Notes: generated by a model not told the origin, from the sequence alone. DNA of 64,000 bases from Candidatus Multivoradales bacterium (GCA_965248055.1 CBDFIJ010000004.1:224001-288000); one strand, 5' to 3'; counted from the first letter of the stretch, positions 29,350-39,296 are shown. Translations and numbers: made by a program.

Positions 29350-31053
29350 CTACTCTTCTTCTTCGGAGGCTGACTCTTCGGCCGGATCCGGCATCGACGC
29401 GGCCAGAACTTCGAGTTCTTCGGCCGAGGGCTGTTCGACTCCGCGCAGGGTCAACGCGATCTTGTTGTCCTCTTCATCCAGGCGCAAGATGCGAGCGGCA
29501 ACGCCTTCGCCGACCTCGAACATCTCCGCCAAACTAGCCTGATCGACATCGATCTCACTGACGTGGGCTAGACCCTCAAGGCCGCTGTGGACATCAATAA
29601 AGAGGCCAAATTCGGCTACGTTGACCACCCGGCCGACCACCCGATCACCCACCCGATGGGCGTCGACGAAATCCTGCCATTCGTTGGGCAAGAACTCCTT
29701 GATTGACAGTGATACGCGTTGACTCGGAGCGTCGATTTGGGTAATCCGTGCCTGGACTTTGTCGCCCTTCTTGAGCACTTCGCTGGGATGCTTGATACGC
29801 TTGTTCCAGCTCATATCCGAGACATGAACCAAGCCATCGATCTCGTCGGTAATCTGAATAAAGGCGCCGAAATCGGTGAGATTGCGTACCGTTCCCTCTA
29901 CCAAGGTGCCGACCGGGTGAGTGACTACCAAGTCATCCCAAGGATTGCGATCGGCTTGGCGCAGAGAAAGGCTGATGCGACGCTGGTCCAGGTCAAGTTC
30001 GGTAACGATTGCTTCCACGTCCTCCCCCACTTCCACCACTGCAGAGGGGTTGGCAACCTTGCCAGTCCACGACATCTCACTGACGTGTACGAGACCTTCG
30101 ACTCCCTGTTCCAGTTCGACGAAAGCGCCGTACTCCACCAAACTAACCACTTTGCCCCGCACCCGAGATCCCATGGGGTACTTCTTGTCGACCACCGACC
30201 AGGGATCGTCTGAACGTTGTTTGTAGCCCAACGAGACGCGTTCCTTTTCCCGATCAAACTTGAGAATGACGACTTCCACGTCATCGCCGACGGCAAACAG
30301 CTCGGAAGGATGATTAACCCGACCCCAAGACATATCGGTTACGTGCAGCAATCCATCGAGTCCACCCAGGTCGATGAAAGCCCCGTATTCCGTGAGGTTC
30401 TTGACTCCACCGGTGACCACCATGCCCTCGCGCAGATTCTCCAAGGTTTCCGCCTTTTGCGCTTCGTACTCGCGCTCCAGAACAGCACGTCGAGAAAGAA
30501 CCACATTGCTGCGGCGTCGATCCAAGTTGATCACCTTGAATTCGAGTTCCTCACCTTTGAGCGACTCAAGGCTCTTGACCGGCTTGACGTCGACCAAGGA
30601 GCCCGGCAAAAAGGCCCGAACCCCCACGTCTACGGTCAGGCCGCCCTTGATACGATCTAAGACGATGCCGGTAATGACTTCACTGTTCTGATAAGCCTGC
30701 TCCAGTCGGTTCCAACTCTTCATTTTCTCGGCCTTGTTATAAGACAAGCCGACGTGTCCGTTGATTCCTTCCAGATGCTCAAGGAGCACTTCTACTTTGT
30801 CCCCCGCTTCGACGGTCACGCCGCTGGGACCGCGAAATTCGTCGATCGGAATCAGTCCTTCCGATTTGAATCCGACATCTACGACAACAGCATTGGAGCC
30901 GACTTCAACGACCGTGCCATGCACCAGGTCGCCTTCTTTTAAGTGGTTCAGGCTCTGATCGTAAAGCTTGGCCATGTCCTCAAAGGACGCATCGGCCAAC
31001 TGTTGATCGGTCAGATCACCGAGCACGTTGGTATTGGTTGGGGTGGACGCCAT
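29350..31053 (-). CDS. rpsA: 30S ribosomal protein S1
   Basis: Six S1 domains (YGAFIDLGGLDGLLHVTDMSW and similar). Confidence 0.97.
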   Translation of the reverse strand: MASTPTNTNVLGDLTDQQLADASFEDMAKLYDQSLNHLKEGDLVHGTVVEVGSNAVVVDVGFKSEGLIPIDEFRGPSGVTVEAGDKVEVLLEHLEGINGHVGLSYNKAEKMKSWNRLEQAYQNSEVITGIVLDRIKGGLTVDVGVRAFLPGSLVDVKPVKSLESLKGEELEFKVINLDRRRSNVVLSRRAVLEREYEAQKAETLENLREGMVVTGGVKNLTEYGAFIDLGGLDGLLHVTDMSWGRVNHPSELFAVGDDVEVVILKFDREKERVSLGYKQRSDDPWSVVDKKYPMGSRVRGKVVSLVEYGAFVELEQGVEGLVHVSEMSWTGKVANPSAVVEVGEDVEAIVTELDLDQRRISLSLRQADRNPWDDLVVTHPVGTLVEGTVRNLTDFGAFIQITDEIDGLVHVSDMSWNKRIKHPSEVLKKGDKVQARITQIDAPSQRVSLSIKEFLPNEWQDFVDAHRVGDRVVGRVVNVAEFGLFIDVHSGLEGLAHVSEIDVDQASLAEMFEVGEGVAARILRLDEEDNKIALTLRGVEQPSAEELEVLAASMPDPAEESASEEEE

Positions 31054-31165
31054 GAAACAGTTTCCTCTTATTAAGCGGGCCGACAGCGGGCACTCTTGCC
31101 CCATGCCGCCCTAGGGTCTTGGGGGCCGAGTTCTGGTGTAAGTCCTTACGAACCCGGAACGTAGG

Positions 31166-31195
31166 AGTATAGGGAGGGTCAATCAGGAGTGTCAA
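31166..31195 (-). promoter_or_regulatory. sigma70 promoter of the rpsA operon
   Basis: TTGACA-18 bp-TATACT on the minus strand, about 110 nt upstream of rpsA. Confidence 0.75.
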
Positions 31196-31624
31196 GCAGT
31201 GGCCACCTTTTCTGCCGCATGGGTTCGCTTGTGGTCGTTGCAAAGGAAGCTGACAAAAATCAACGAAACTCGGACGCCGCCCCTGCTAGGCGGAAGAACC
31301 CCCTTCACAAGGCGAACAATCTACCTTGATTTTTTCTGCAAAATGATCCGCCTCCCACGTTCAAATACTGACCCTGGATGCTCTACTTCGTAGGCTGGAA
31401 TCGACCAAGTCAATTGATCTTGTCCTAAAGCAAAGGTCGGTCAATGAGTGGTTCGCATGAGCTATCCCGGATGGCCACGAGGCACTGTGATCTGCGTCAC
31501 GGATGTTTCAGAACATGTCCAAACATGATCAGTTCATCGATTAGATAACTCCAGCCCGTGATCGTCGCGGTTGGGGGGAATCTAAACAACCCCTTGCCTC
31601 ATTGAAGAAGGAGGAGTGAACATC

Positions 31625-33217
31625 ATGGACAGAAAATCATGGATCGTCATCGTCGCGCTTGCGATCGGCCTAGTGGCCGCTCAAGCCGCCGTCGCCGGAC
31701 CGCCGATTTGGATCGCGGGCGGCAACATGGGACAAATCAACAACATGGGTAACCAAAATCAGCTACACGGACAAGCGGTGGCAGCCTCAGCACGCCTTCT
31801 GGGCGGCGCCAAGAATGAGTTTCGCGTGAGCGATTCTTGGGCTGACCACCTGGGCAACGTCCACGTAAAAATGCAGCAACGCCTCAACGGCATGGAAGTC
31901 ATCGGCGCGGAGTCGATCTTGCACGCGCGGAGTGATGGCAAAATCTACGCTCTTGGTGGTGGCTTTGTTCGCGGTGCGGCGGCCCCCCGCAAGGCCAAAC
32001 TGAATCGTTCTGACGCTGTCGCCGCGGCGCTGGGCGAACTGGGTCAGCTGGATGCTGAGATCGATTGGCTCGGTGACCTAACCTATGTCGTCAATGAAGA
32101 CGGAGGGATCAGCCTTGCCTACCCGGTGGACATCCGTTACTACAATGAACGGGGGCTGAACATAGATACCGTCTATGCAGATGCCCGCAGAGGCGGTGTA
32201 GCTGCTATTCATCCCAAAGTGAAGCACGCAAAGAATCGTCTAACCTACGATTCGCAAAACGGAGGTACCCAGGGCGTATTGGTTTGTTCTGAAGGACAGA
32301 CCTGCCCCGACGCTGCTTCAACCGACGCCCATGACTACGCCGGCGTCACCTACGACTACTATTCCAGCAAGTTCGGTCGCGACTCTCTGGACGACAATGG
32401 GTTGACCTTGATTTCGTCTGTTCACTTCTGCCCGAGTGCGAGTCAGTGTCCATATGCCAACGCAGGCTGGACGGGTGCGCAAATGATTTACGGTGATGGA
32501 GGTTCCTTTGGCTGGGACTACATGAGCAAGGCTTTGGATGTAGTGGCACACGAACTCACACATGGAGTTACTGAGTTCACTTCAGATCTCGTCTACGCCG
32601 CTGAATCCGGTGCGCTCAATGAAGCATGGTCCGATATCTTCGGCGAATCTACAGAGATATGGGCCGGATCTAGCCCAATTGGTGAATGGGATCTTGGCGA
32701 AGATCTAGGCGGGGAGATCCTTCGTTTCATGGACGACCCAACCGCAGACGGTTACTCGACCGACTACTATCCTGACCGTCTCTACCCAAAAGGTAAGGGT
32801 TGCAGATCTTCTAACGACAACTGTGGTGTTCACGGCAACTCCGGAATCGCCAACTTAGCTTACGTGCTGTTGGTCGAAGGGGGCACCCACCCACAGGGCA
32901 AGACCTCGAACGTTGTGCCTAGCGTCGGTCTAGCTACGGCTGAGCAAATCTTTTATCGCGCTAACACCAACTATTTCACTAGTGGCACGACTTTCTCCCA
33001 GGCATCCAGTATGACCCAGCAAGCTGCCGCCGACCTCTACACTCAAACCGAAGTAGATGCCTGCTCTGAGGCCTGGTGTGCAGTAGGAGTCGGTGATTGC
33101 TCCGGTGACCCTGGCGGTTGCACCGACCTGCTTCCAGTGGGTGCTAGTTGCACCAGCAACAGCGAATGTTGCTCTAACAAGTGTAAGGGCGGACCAGGCA
33201 ACAAGACCTGCAAGTAA
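31625..33217 (+). CDS. Secreted M4 (thermolysin-family) metalloprotease with propeptide and Cys-rich C-terminal module
   Basis: Signal peptide, FTP/PepSY-like propeptide, HELTH, GALNEAWSD and GVHGNSG motifs. SD AGGAGGAG precedes ATG 31625. Confidence 0.93.
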   Translation: MDRKSWIVIVALAIGLVAAQAAVAGPPIWIAGGNMGQINNMGNQNQLHGQAVAASARLLGGAKNEFRVSDSWADHLGNVHVKMQQRLNGMEVIGAESILHARSDGKIYALGGGFVRGAAAPRKAKLNRSDAVAAALGELGQLDAEIDWLGDLTYVVNEDGGISLAYPVDIRYYNERGLNIDTVYADARRGGVAAIHPKVKHAKNRLTYDSQNGGTQGVLVCSEGQTCPDAASTDAHDYAGVTYDYYSSKFGRDSLDDNGLTLISSVHFCPSASQCPYANAGWTGAQMIYGDGGSFGWDYMSKALDVVAHELTHGVTEFTSDLVYAAESGALNEAWSDIFGESTEIWAGSSPIGEWDLGEDLGGEILRFMDDPTADGYSTDYYPDRLYPKGKGCRSSNDNCGVHGNSGIANLAYVLLVEGGTHPQGKTSNVVPSVGLATAEQIFYRANTNYFTSGTTFSQASSMTQQAAADLYTQTEVDACSEAWCAVGVGDCSGDPGGCTDLLPVGASCTSNSECCSNKCKGGPGNKTCK

Positions 33218-33238
33218 CCTACATTCACTCTGACAACC

Positions 33239-33271
33239 AAGGCCCGCGGAAAACCGCGGGCCTTTTTCTTT
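33239..33271 (+). terminator. Rho-independent terminator
   Basis: AAGGCCCGCGG-AAAA-CCGCGGGCCTT hairpin followed by a T-rich tract. Confidence 0.9.
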
Positions 33272-33315
33272 GGACGAGCTGATTCAGGGGAACAGCAATG
33301 GCATACTGTCCGGAA

Positions 33316-34410
33316 ATGTACAATCCGCTCAGATTCGCTACCGTTGTCGCCCTGATCTTGCTCACCAGCATCTGCTCAGCAAGCGAGACGACCTCTACAC
33401 CGGTCCTGGATCTTTCTCAGGCAAATCGGCTGGCGGCCCTACCGGTTGCCTGCATCCAACAGCCCTTTCCCTATAAATCCGGGCACATACTGGCCCAAGA
33501 ATCAGACTTAGCTCTACCGCGCGAGCATCACCCCGCGTTCTACGGCTGCTTCGATTGGCATTCTGCAGTACACGGCCATTGGTCCCTGGTTTACCTCTTG
33601 AAAACCTTTTCTGGCTTGCAAAGTGAAGCCGAAATTCGCCGCATGCTGAGCGAGAATCTCACCGCAGAGAACATTGCCACCGAAATCGACTACTTCAGTC
33701 TCAATGCGGAAACTGGCACCTTCGAGCGCACCTACGGCTGGGCCTGGCTGTTGAAGCTGAGCGAGGAGCTGGAAACCTGGAATGACGAAGATGCGCGCAT
33801 CTGGGCGACCAACCTACGCCCCCTCGCCCATTTGGTGCGCGACAAAATCGTCGAATACCTGCCCAAGCTGGTCTACCCAATCCGCGTCGGCGAGCACACC
33901 AACACGGCCTTTGGCTTGAACTTCGCCTATGACTACGCGTTGACGCTGGGAGACGCGGACTTACAGCAGGCGATAGCCACCAGAGCACACGACTTCTACT
34001 TCGCCGACGCGGAGTGTCCCTTGAGTTGGGAGCCGAGCGGACACGACTTCTTGTCCCCTTGCCTCCAAGAACTCGACCTGATGGGCAAAATCCTAGATAC
34101 AGATGCATTCGCCACTTGGGCTACACAGTTCCTCCCAACGCTCTCAGAGGGCGACCTACCTCTAACTCCCGGTCAGGTACTCGATCGCTCCGATGGCAAG
34201 TTGGTCCATTTGGACGGACTCAATTTCTCGCGCGCCTGGAATCTCTATCCGCTGACGCGCACCCAGCCAGACCTACTTGCAGTAGCCGACCATCACCTTC
34301 TCCACTCACTCGACACCATCACCGATGGGGAATACAGCGGCGGACACTGGCTGGCGTCTTTCGCTCTTTATGCCCTCAAAACCCGCCAAGAGGTGGTCGA
34401 TCACGACTAG
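33316..34410 (+). CDS. DUF2891-family protein with signal peptide
   Basis: HPAFYGCFDWHSAVHGHW, FERTYGWAW, HLDGLNFSR and GGHWLASFA motifs. Confidence 0.88.
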   Translation: MYNPLRFATVVALILLTSICSASETTSTPVLDLSQANRLAALPVACIQQPFPYKSGHILAQESDLALPREHHPAFYGCFDWHSAVHGHWSLVYLLKTFSGLQSEAEIRRMLSENLTAENIATEIDYFSLNAETGTFERTYGWAWLLKLSEELETWNDEDARIWATNLRPLAHLVRDKIVEYLPKLVYPIRVGEHTNTAFGLNFAYDYALTLGDADLQQAIATRAHDFYFADAECPLSWEPSGHDFLSPCLQELDLMGKILDTDAFATWATQFLPTLSEGDLPLTPGQVLDRSDGKLVHLDGLNFSRAWNLYPLTRTQPDLLAVADHHLLHSLDTITDGEYSGGHWLASFALYALKTRQEVVDHD

Positions 34411-35626
34411 CAGACATCGAATCAAGCGCATCTTCGGTCCCGGCACCCTGGTGGCCGCCGCTTTCATCGGCCCGGGAACGGTCACCGTCTGTACCCTCGC
34501 TGGAGCAGAGTATGGATTTTCACTGCTTTGGGCCTTGCTGTTCTCGATCCTGGCAACTTTAGTGCTGCAGGAGATGGCGGCGCGGTTGGGTTGGGCAACG
34601 CAAGATGGTTTGGGCAGCGCCATTCGCTCGACGTTCTCTAGCGGTTGGAAGCGGGTAGCGTTTTTCTTTTTGGTGATCGGTGCGGTGATCGTCGGCAATG
34701 CGGCCTATCAGGCGGGGAATATCGGCGGGGCGGTGTTGGGCGTCGAAGCTGCCATCGGGCCTTTCCCCTACTGGGCGTTGGTCATTGGACTGATCGCCTT
34801 TGTACTGCTCTACGCCGGACGCTATCGGGTCATCGAACGAATCTTGATCGGCTTAGTGTTGTTGATGAGTGTCTGTTTCGCCGCCACGGCTCTAATCTTG
34901 CGACCCGATCTCGGAGCGGTGCTTTCTGGATTGATTCCCAGCCGCCTCGATTCCGCTTCACTGCTCACCGTGGTCGGACTGATCGGCACTACAGTGGTTC
35001 CCTACAACCTGTTTCTTCACGCCGCATCGGTACCGCAAAAATGGGGGGCTGAATCGCGGTTGTCCGAGGTCCGGCTGGAGGGTGCAATCGCCATCGGCTT
35101 GGGCGGCTTGATCTCGATGGCTATCGTGGTGGTCTCGGCGTCTGCCTTCTGGCAAACCGAGATTGAGATTCGCTCAGGCGCCGACATGGCGCATCAACTA
35201 GAACCTCTGCTCGGCTCTTGGGCGCGGTCGTTGATGGGATTGGGGTTATTCGCCGCCGGAATCAGTTCCGCAGTCACCGCGCCGCTAGCTGCAGCGCTCG
35301 CCGCACGGGAATTATTCGGCTGGGATCGGTCGCTGCGTGACCGGCGCTTTCGACTGGTGTGGCTCGGGGTTCTGTTTACCGGAGTGTTGTTTGCTTCGCT
35401 CGGCTTCACCCCGGTGGCCCTGATTCGCTTTGCCCAAGTCGCCAATGGCGTCCTGCTGCCGATCGTTGCAACCTTCTTATTGCTGGTGGTCAACCGCGTC
35501 GCCATTTTGGGCGAGCACCGGAACCGCGCGTGGCACAACGTACTTGGATTGCTGGTGATCATCGTGACCCTAGTTCTGGCGGTCCAGACACTGGGAACGG
35601 TACTAGGGCGTGTTCACACTAGTTGA
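34370..35626 (+). CDS. NRAMP-family (YcsG-like) transporter of the pxp cluster; start uncertain, last codons replaced by IS sequence
   Basis: GPGTLVAAAFIGPGTVT, QEMAARLG and GTTVVPYNLFLHA motifs, with about 11 TM helices. Confidence 0.88.
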   Translation: MPSKPAKRWSITTSRHRIKRIFGPGTLVAAAFIGPGTVTVCTLAGAEYGFSLLWALLFSILATLVLQEMAARLGWATQDGLGSAIRSTFSSGWKRVAFFFLVIGAVIVGNAAYQAGNIGGAVLGVEAAIGPFPYWALVIGLIAFVLLYAGRYRVIERILIGLVLLMSVCFAATALILRPDLGAVLSGLIPSRLDSASLLTVVGLIGTTVVPYNLFLHAASVPQKWGAESRLSEVRLEGAIAIGLGGLISMAIVVVSASAFWQTEIEIRSGADMAHQLEPLLGSWARSLMGLGLFAAGISSAVTAPLAAALAARELFGWDRSLRDRRFRLVWLGVLFTGVLFASLGFTPVALIRFAQVANGVLLPIVATFLLLVVNRVAILGEHRNRAWHNVLGLLVIIVTLVLAVQTLGTVLGRVHTS

Positions 35627-36404
35627 TGTATACTCGGTGGATGGAAATAACAATAGAACAATTTGCACGAATCGAGCCTTTTCTTCCACGACAGCGTGGC
35701 AATGTATCGATAGATAACCTCCAGGTGCTCAACGCGATACTTTACGTTGCAGAACATGGCTGTAAGTGGCGCGGGCTGCCGAAGCGTTTTGGTAATTGGC
35801 ATACCGTCTATACGCGTATGAACCGTTGGGCAAAGAAAGGCGTGCTGGATCGAGTGTTTAGTGAACTGCAACGCCAGCAAGTCATTCAGGTCCGTGTTGA
35901 GGCGGTTTCACTCGATAGCACAGCGGTTAAGGTACACCCTGATGGAACGGGCGCTCTAAAAAAAACGGTCCACAGGCGATCGGCAAGTCGCGGGGAGGAT
36001 GGACTACAAAGATTCATATGGTTGCCGCAGATGCTCGGACCGCAGTGAATTTTTCTCTGTCTCCTGGCAATGCTGCTGACGCGCCAGAGGGTCGTAAACT
36101 ATTGAGAGAAACAACCCTATCGGCCAAATACATAATTATGGACCGAGCGTATGAAGGTAATGAAACACGCCAACTCGTGCTCGATCTTGGTCTCACACCT
36201 GTTGTGCCGCCGAAAAGCAATCGATTACAACCTTGGCTATACGACCGAGAAATGTACAAGAAGCGCAATGAAGTAGAGCGCTTGTTTCGTCGCTTGAAGG
36301 GGTTTCGTCGGATATTCTCACGCTTCGACAAATTGGACATAATCTTCACATTCTTTATACACTTCGCACTCATTGTCGATGCTATATCTAGTGTTAACAC
36401 GCCC
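35606..36404 (+). mobile_element. IS5-family insertion sequence (IS427-like), ~800 bp
   Basis: TIRs GGGCGTGTTCACACTAG (35606-35622) and CTAGTGTTAACACGCCC (36388-36404) match at 16/17. Flanked by a TA duplication within CTAG. AT-richer than the host. Confidence 0.95.
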
Positions 36405-36407
36405 TAG
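35641..36407 (+). CDS. IS5-family transposase, orfA/orfB fused by -1 frameshift at A8C (35958-35966), ~255 aa
   Basis: The shift gives GALKKNGPQAIGKSRGGWTTKIH. DDE residues lie in LDST, MDRAY and RNEVERLF. Confidence 0.9.
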
Positions 36408-36421
36408 GCTGGTTGTAGATC

Positions 36422-37168
36422 GTGCTCGATTCGATCGACCTCAACTGCGACCTGGGAGAGACCCTCGACGGCGCGATCGATGCTGTTTTGATGTCCCACA
36501 TTTCGTCCTGTAATATTGCCTGTGGCGGCCACGCCGGAGATCGCCAAACCATGGCGCGCACGGTACAAAGCGCCTTGGTTAACGGCGTGCAAATTGGCGC
36601 CCATCCCTCCTACCCCGATCGCCACCACTTCGGTCGCAGGTCTCTGGATCTGCCGATAGATCACCTAGTGGCTGTCATCATTGAACAGTGTGGTCGGTTG
36701 GCAGAAGTCGCAGCTCAAGAGGGCGGCCAAGTTCGACACGTCAAACCACACGGAGCTCTGTACCACGACCTAGCGCGAGACCCCGACAAGGCGGACGCCG
36801 TTCTCCATGCCATTCGAAGCCTCGACCCCGAGCTCACGATCTATGGTCTGGCGGATAGCCCATTGGCGAAGCAGGCCGAAGAGATCGGAATCATCTATGT
36901 CCACGAGGTATTCGCCGACCGCCGCTACGACACCAATACTCGCCTCAGATCGCGTGAAAATCCCAACGCCCTGTTGACCGAGACCGATCAGGTCTTGAGC
37001 CAAGTGGAAGAGTTGTTGCGCGGCAGCATCACCACACTTGAGGGTCGCCAACCGATCACCGCGCGGAGCCTATGCGTTCATGGCGACACCCCAGGAGCGG
37101 TCGAGATGGTGGCTCAGATTGCGGCGTTTCTCCAGCAACATCATGTCGAAATCCATCCACCTCACTGA
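36422..37168 (+). CDS. pxpA: 5-oxoprolinase subunit A (LamB/YcsF)
   Basis: DLNCDLGE, NIACGGHAGD, GAHPSYPD, HVKPHGALY and CVHGD motifs. Confidence 0.95.
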   Translation: MLDSIDLNCDLGETLDGAIDAVLMSHISSCNIACGGHAGDRQTMARTVQSALVNGVQIGAHPSYPDRHHFGRRSLDLPIDHLVAVIIEQCGRLAEVAAQEGGQVRHVKPHGALYHDLARDPDKADAVLHAIRSLDPELTIYGLADSPLAKQAEEIGIIYVHEVFADRRYDTNTRLRSRENPNALLTETDQVLSQVEELLRGSITTLEGRQPITARSLCVHGDTPGAVEMVAQIAAFLQQHHVEIHPPH

Positions 37169-37886
37169 CCTAGACTTCAAGGTTGTTTCGTTCGGCTCTT
37201 CAGCGAAGCTGTTGCGCCCAACGCACCCACTGGCAAACCCGCTAGCACTGCCACGACTGGGACAGGCGCTGGCCGACCATCTTCCACCGGGGATCAGCGA
37301 CGTCATCGCCAGCACCAGCGAACTGTGTTTGGTATTCGAGGGTGACCCGAGCCATGGGCTGGACAGCTTGCCAGAGTCCGTTGCCCAACTGCATCCCACA
37401 GAGCCCCATTCCGCAGAACTCCATTTCACAGAGCCCAGGCGATTCCATTTGCCGGTTCTGTTCGACGGCAACGATTGGCAAACGGTCAGTGCATACACTG
37501 GACTGACTCAAGCCGCCTATCTCCAGCGACTTAAAGAGTGCCCTGTCACCGTAGCGATGTACGGATTCTTGCCGGGATTCGCCTACCTGACCGGTTTACC
37601 TGCCGACCTGCGCTGTCCGCGCAAGGACACGCCTTCGCACACGGTGGCGGCGGGCTCAGTGGCGGTCGGCGGCCCCCATATCGGCATTTACGGTTCTGCG
37701 AGTCCAGCTGGCTGGCAAGTTCTAGGACGTACCCCGGTGCAAGTCGCGCAACTCGAAGCAACACCGCCGACTAACTTGCGCATCGGCGATCAAATCCACT
37801 TTCGCGTCATTGAAGAAGAGGAATTCGAGACCCTGGCCAACGCTGGTCTTGCTCTGGCGTCCTGCATCGAGGGACCGGACCGGTGA
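37143..37886 (+). CDS. pxpB: 5-oxoprolinase subunit B (KipI-like)
   Basis: GFLPGFAYL, AGSVAVGG and SPAGWQVLGRTP motifs. Confidence 0.9.
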   Translation: MSKSIHLTDLDFKVVSFGSSAKLLRPTHPLANPLALPRLGQALADHLPPGISDVIASTSELCLVFEGDPSHGLDSLPESVAQLHPTEPHSAELHFTEPRRFHLPVLFDGNDWQTVSAYTGLTQAAYLQRLKECPVTVAMYGFLPGFAYLTGLPADLRCPRKDTPSHTVAAGSVAVGGPHIGIYGSASPAGWQVLGRTPVQVAQLEATPPTNLRIGDQIHFRVIEEEEFETLANAGLALASCIEGPDR

Positions 37887-38773
37887 CCGACTGCCAAATC
37901 GAGGTCCTGCACCCTGGCCTGCTCACTACGATCCAGGGTTCTCCAAACTCTGGCAGAGCTTTCTACGGCATTCCCGCCGGTGGACCGATGGACCCAAAAG
38001 CGGCGGCACTCGCCAATCGGCTGATCGGCAACCCGATCGATACGCCGATTCTTGAATGCAACCTCTTGGCCCCACGACTGCGGTTTGGCGAATCGATCGA
38101 CCTGGTACTCACCGGCGCGGACTGCGCCTGGCAAGCCGATGGCCGTGACCTAGTTCGCAATCAGGTCCACCACTTAGGCCCGGGCTCGGTGCTCTCTGGC
38201 GGCTACTCCACCAATGGCGCCCGCGCCTACATCGCGTTCGCCAGCCACTATTCAGTGACCAGAAATCAGGCCCTGCGCATCCAGCCCCTATGCAGCCATC
38301 CCTTATACCAAGGGCAAATCATCACCGTGGAACACAGGAACCTGCCGGTCCAGCCCAAGATGAACGCTGCAATCGAGGACTATGAACGTATCGACATCAT
38401 TCGCCTCCAGCCGGGGCCCGAGTGGCAGCAACTCTCCTCAACCAGCCAGAAAGCGCTCCTCTCACAACCGTTTACCATCGACCCGAACAGCAACCGCATC
38501 GGCGCACGCCTCACCGGACCGAACTTGACGCTGAACGCTGACGGCAACATGCCCAGCGTGCCGGTGATCCCTGGGGTCATCCAACTTCCCGGTTCTGGCC
38601 GGCCGATTGTCGTCCTGCGAGACGGCCCCACCACCGGGGGTTATCCTCGAATCGCGACTATCTCGGAGGCGGAGCTAGGGCAATTCAATCAGATCAGCCC
38701 GGGGCGACACTTCCGCTTCATCAATACCGACTCAGACTCTACGGCCACAGCCAACCGAAAGCACCCGCAGTGA
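37883..38773 (+). CDS. pxpC: 5-oxoprolinase subunit C (KipA-like)
   Basis: PGLLTTIQ, GPMD…ANRLIGN, SNRIGARL and DGPTTGGYPRI motifs. Confidence 0.9.
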   Translation: MTDCQIEVLHPGLLTTIQGSPNSGRAFYGIPAGGPMDPKAAALANRLIGNPIDTPILECNLLAPRLRFGESIDLVLTGADCAWQADGRDLVRNQVHHLGPGSVLSGGYSTNGARAYIAFASHYSVTRNQALRIQPLCSHPLYQGQIITVEHRNLPVQPKMNAAIEDYERIDIIRLQPGPEWQQLSSTSQKALLSQPFTIDPNSNRIGARLTGPNLTLNADGNMPSVPVIPGVIQLPGSGRPIVVLRDGPTTGGYPRIATISEAELGQFNQISPGRHFRFINTDSDSTATANRKHPQ

Positions 38774-39296
38774 CCAGCGAGTAGACCAAGCCATCGAAAA
38801 CGTTCTTCACAGTACCCGACCACGGCACACCTTTCCAAATTGAGTCGACGATCGGACCGATGCCGTAGGCCATGAATGCCACGGTACCGGCAAAACGAAA
38901 CACCGCCATGTAGTCGGTGCCAGAGGACAAGGTACGGCCAGCGAGATAAGCCACCAAGACACTCACCAGGACCGCGTAGAGAAACCACAGAACTAGGTAC
39001 TTCCCCATTTTCATCGGTCCATTTGGGAAAATTGTCAGAACCCCAACTGGACCCCGGGTGCATTTCTCGACCATTTCTGGCTCCCCCATCTCTTTGGGTG
39101 TCGCGCAGTGCGGAAAGTGATACATGCCTGGCGTCAATCCGGCTTCACGCAGGGACGCCAACGTAGCGTCCTCCTTGGGCAATTGGCGGTAGTCCTTTTG
39201 GTGGTACTTCAGCACCATGTGCAAGATGGAACTAACCAAAAACACCAAAACTGCCGAAATCAAGATTGGCATCCAGAGGAATGGGATAGCGATCAT
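38739..39296 (-). CDS. Conserved hypothetical membrane protein (4 TM)
   Basis: Strong SD (CAGGAGG) and hydrophobic helices. Confidence 0.8.
   Translation of the reverse strand: MIAIPFLWMPILISAVLVFLVSSILHMVLKYHQKDYRQLPKEDATLASLREAGLTPGMYHFPHCATPKEMGEPEMVEKCTRGPVGVLTIFPNGPMKMGKYLVLWFLYAVLVSVLVAYLAGRTLSSGTDYMAVFRFAGTVAFMAYGIGPIVDSIWKGVPWSGTVKNVFDGLVYSLVTAGAFGWLWP

Noticed and set aside
35623-36407. Split transposase as a pseudogene
   Set aside because: The split falls at an A8C slippery run typical of programmed -1 frameshifting in this IS group. The TIRs and DDE residues are intact.
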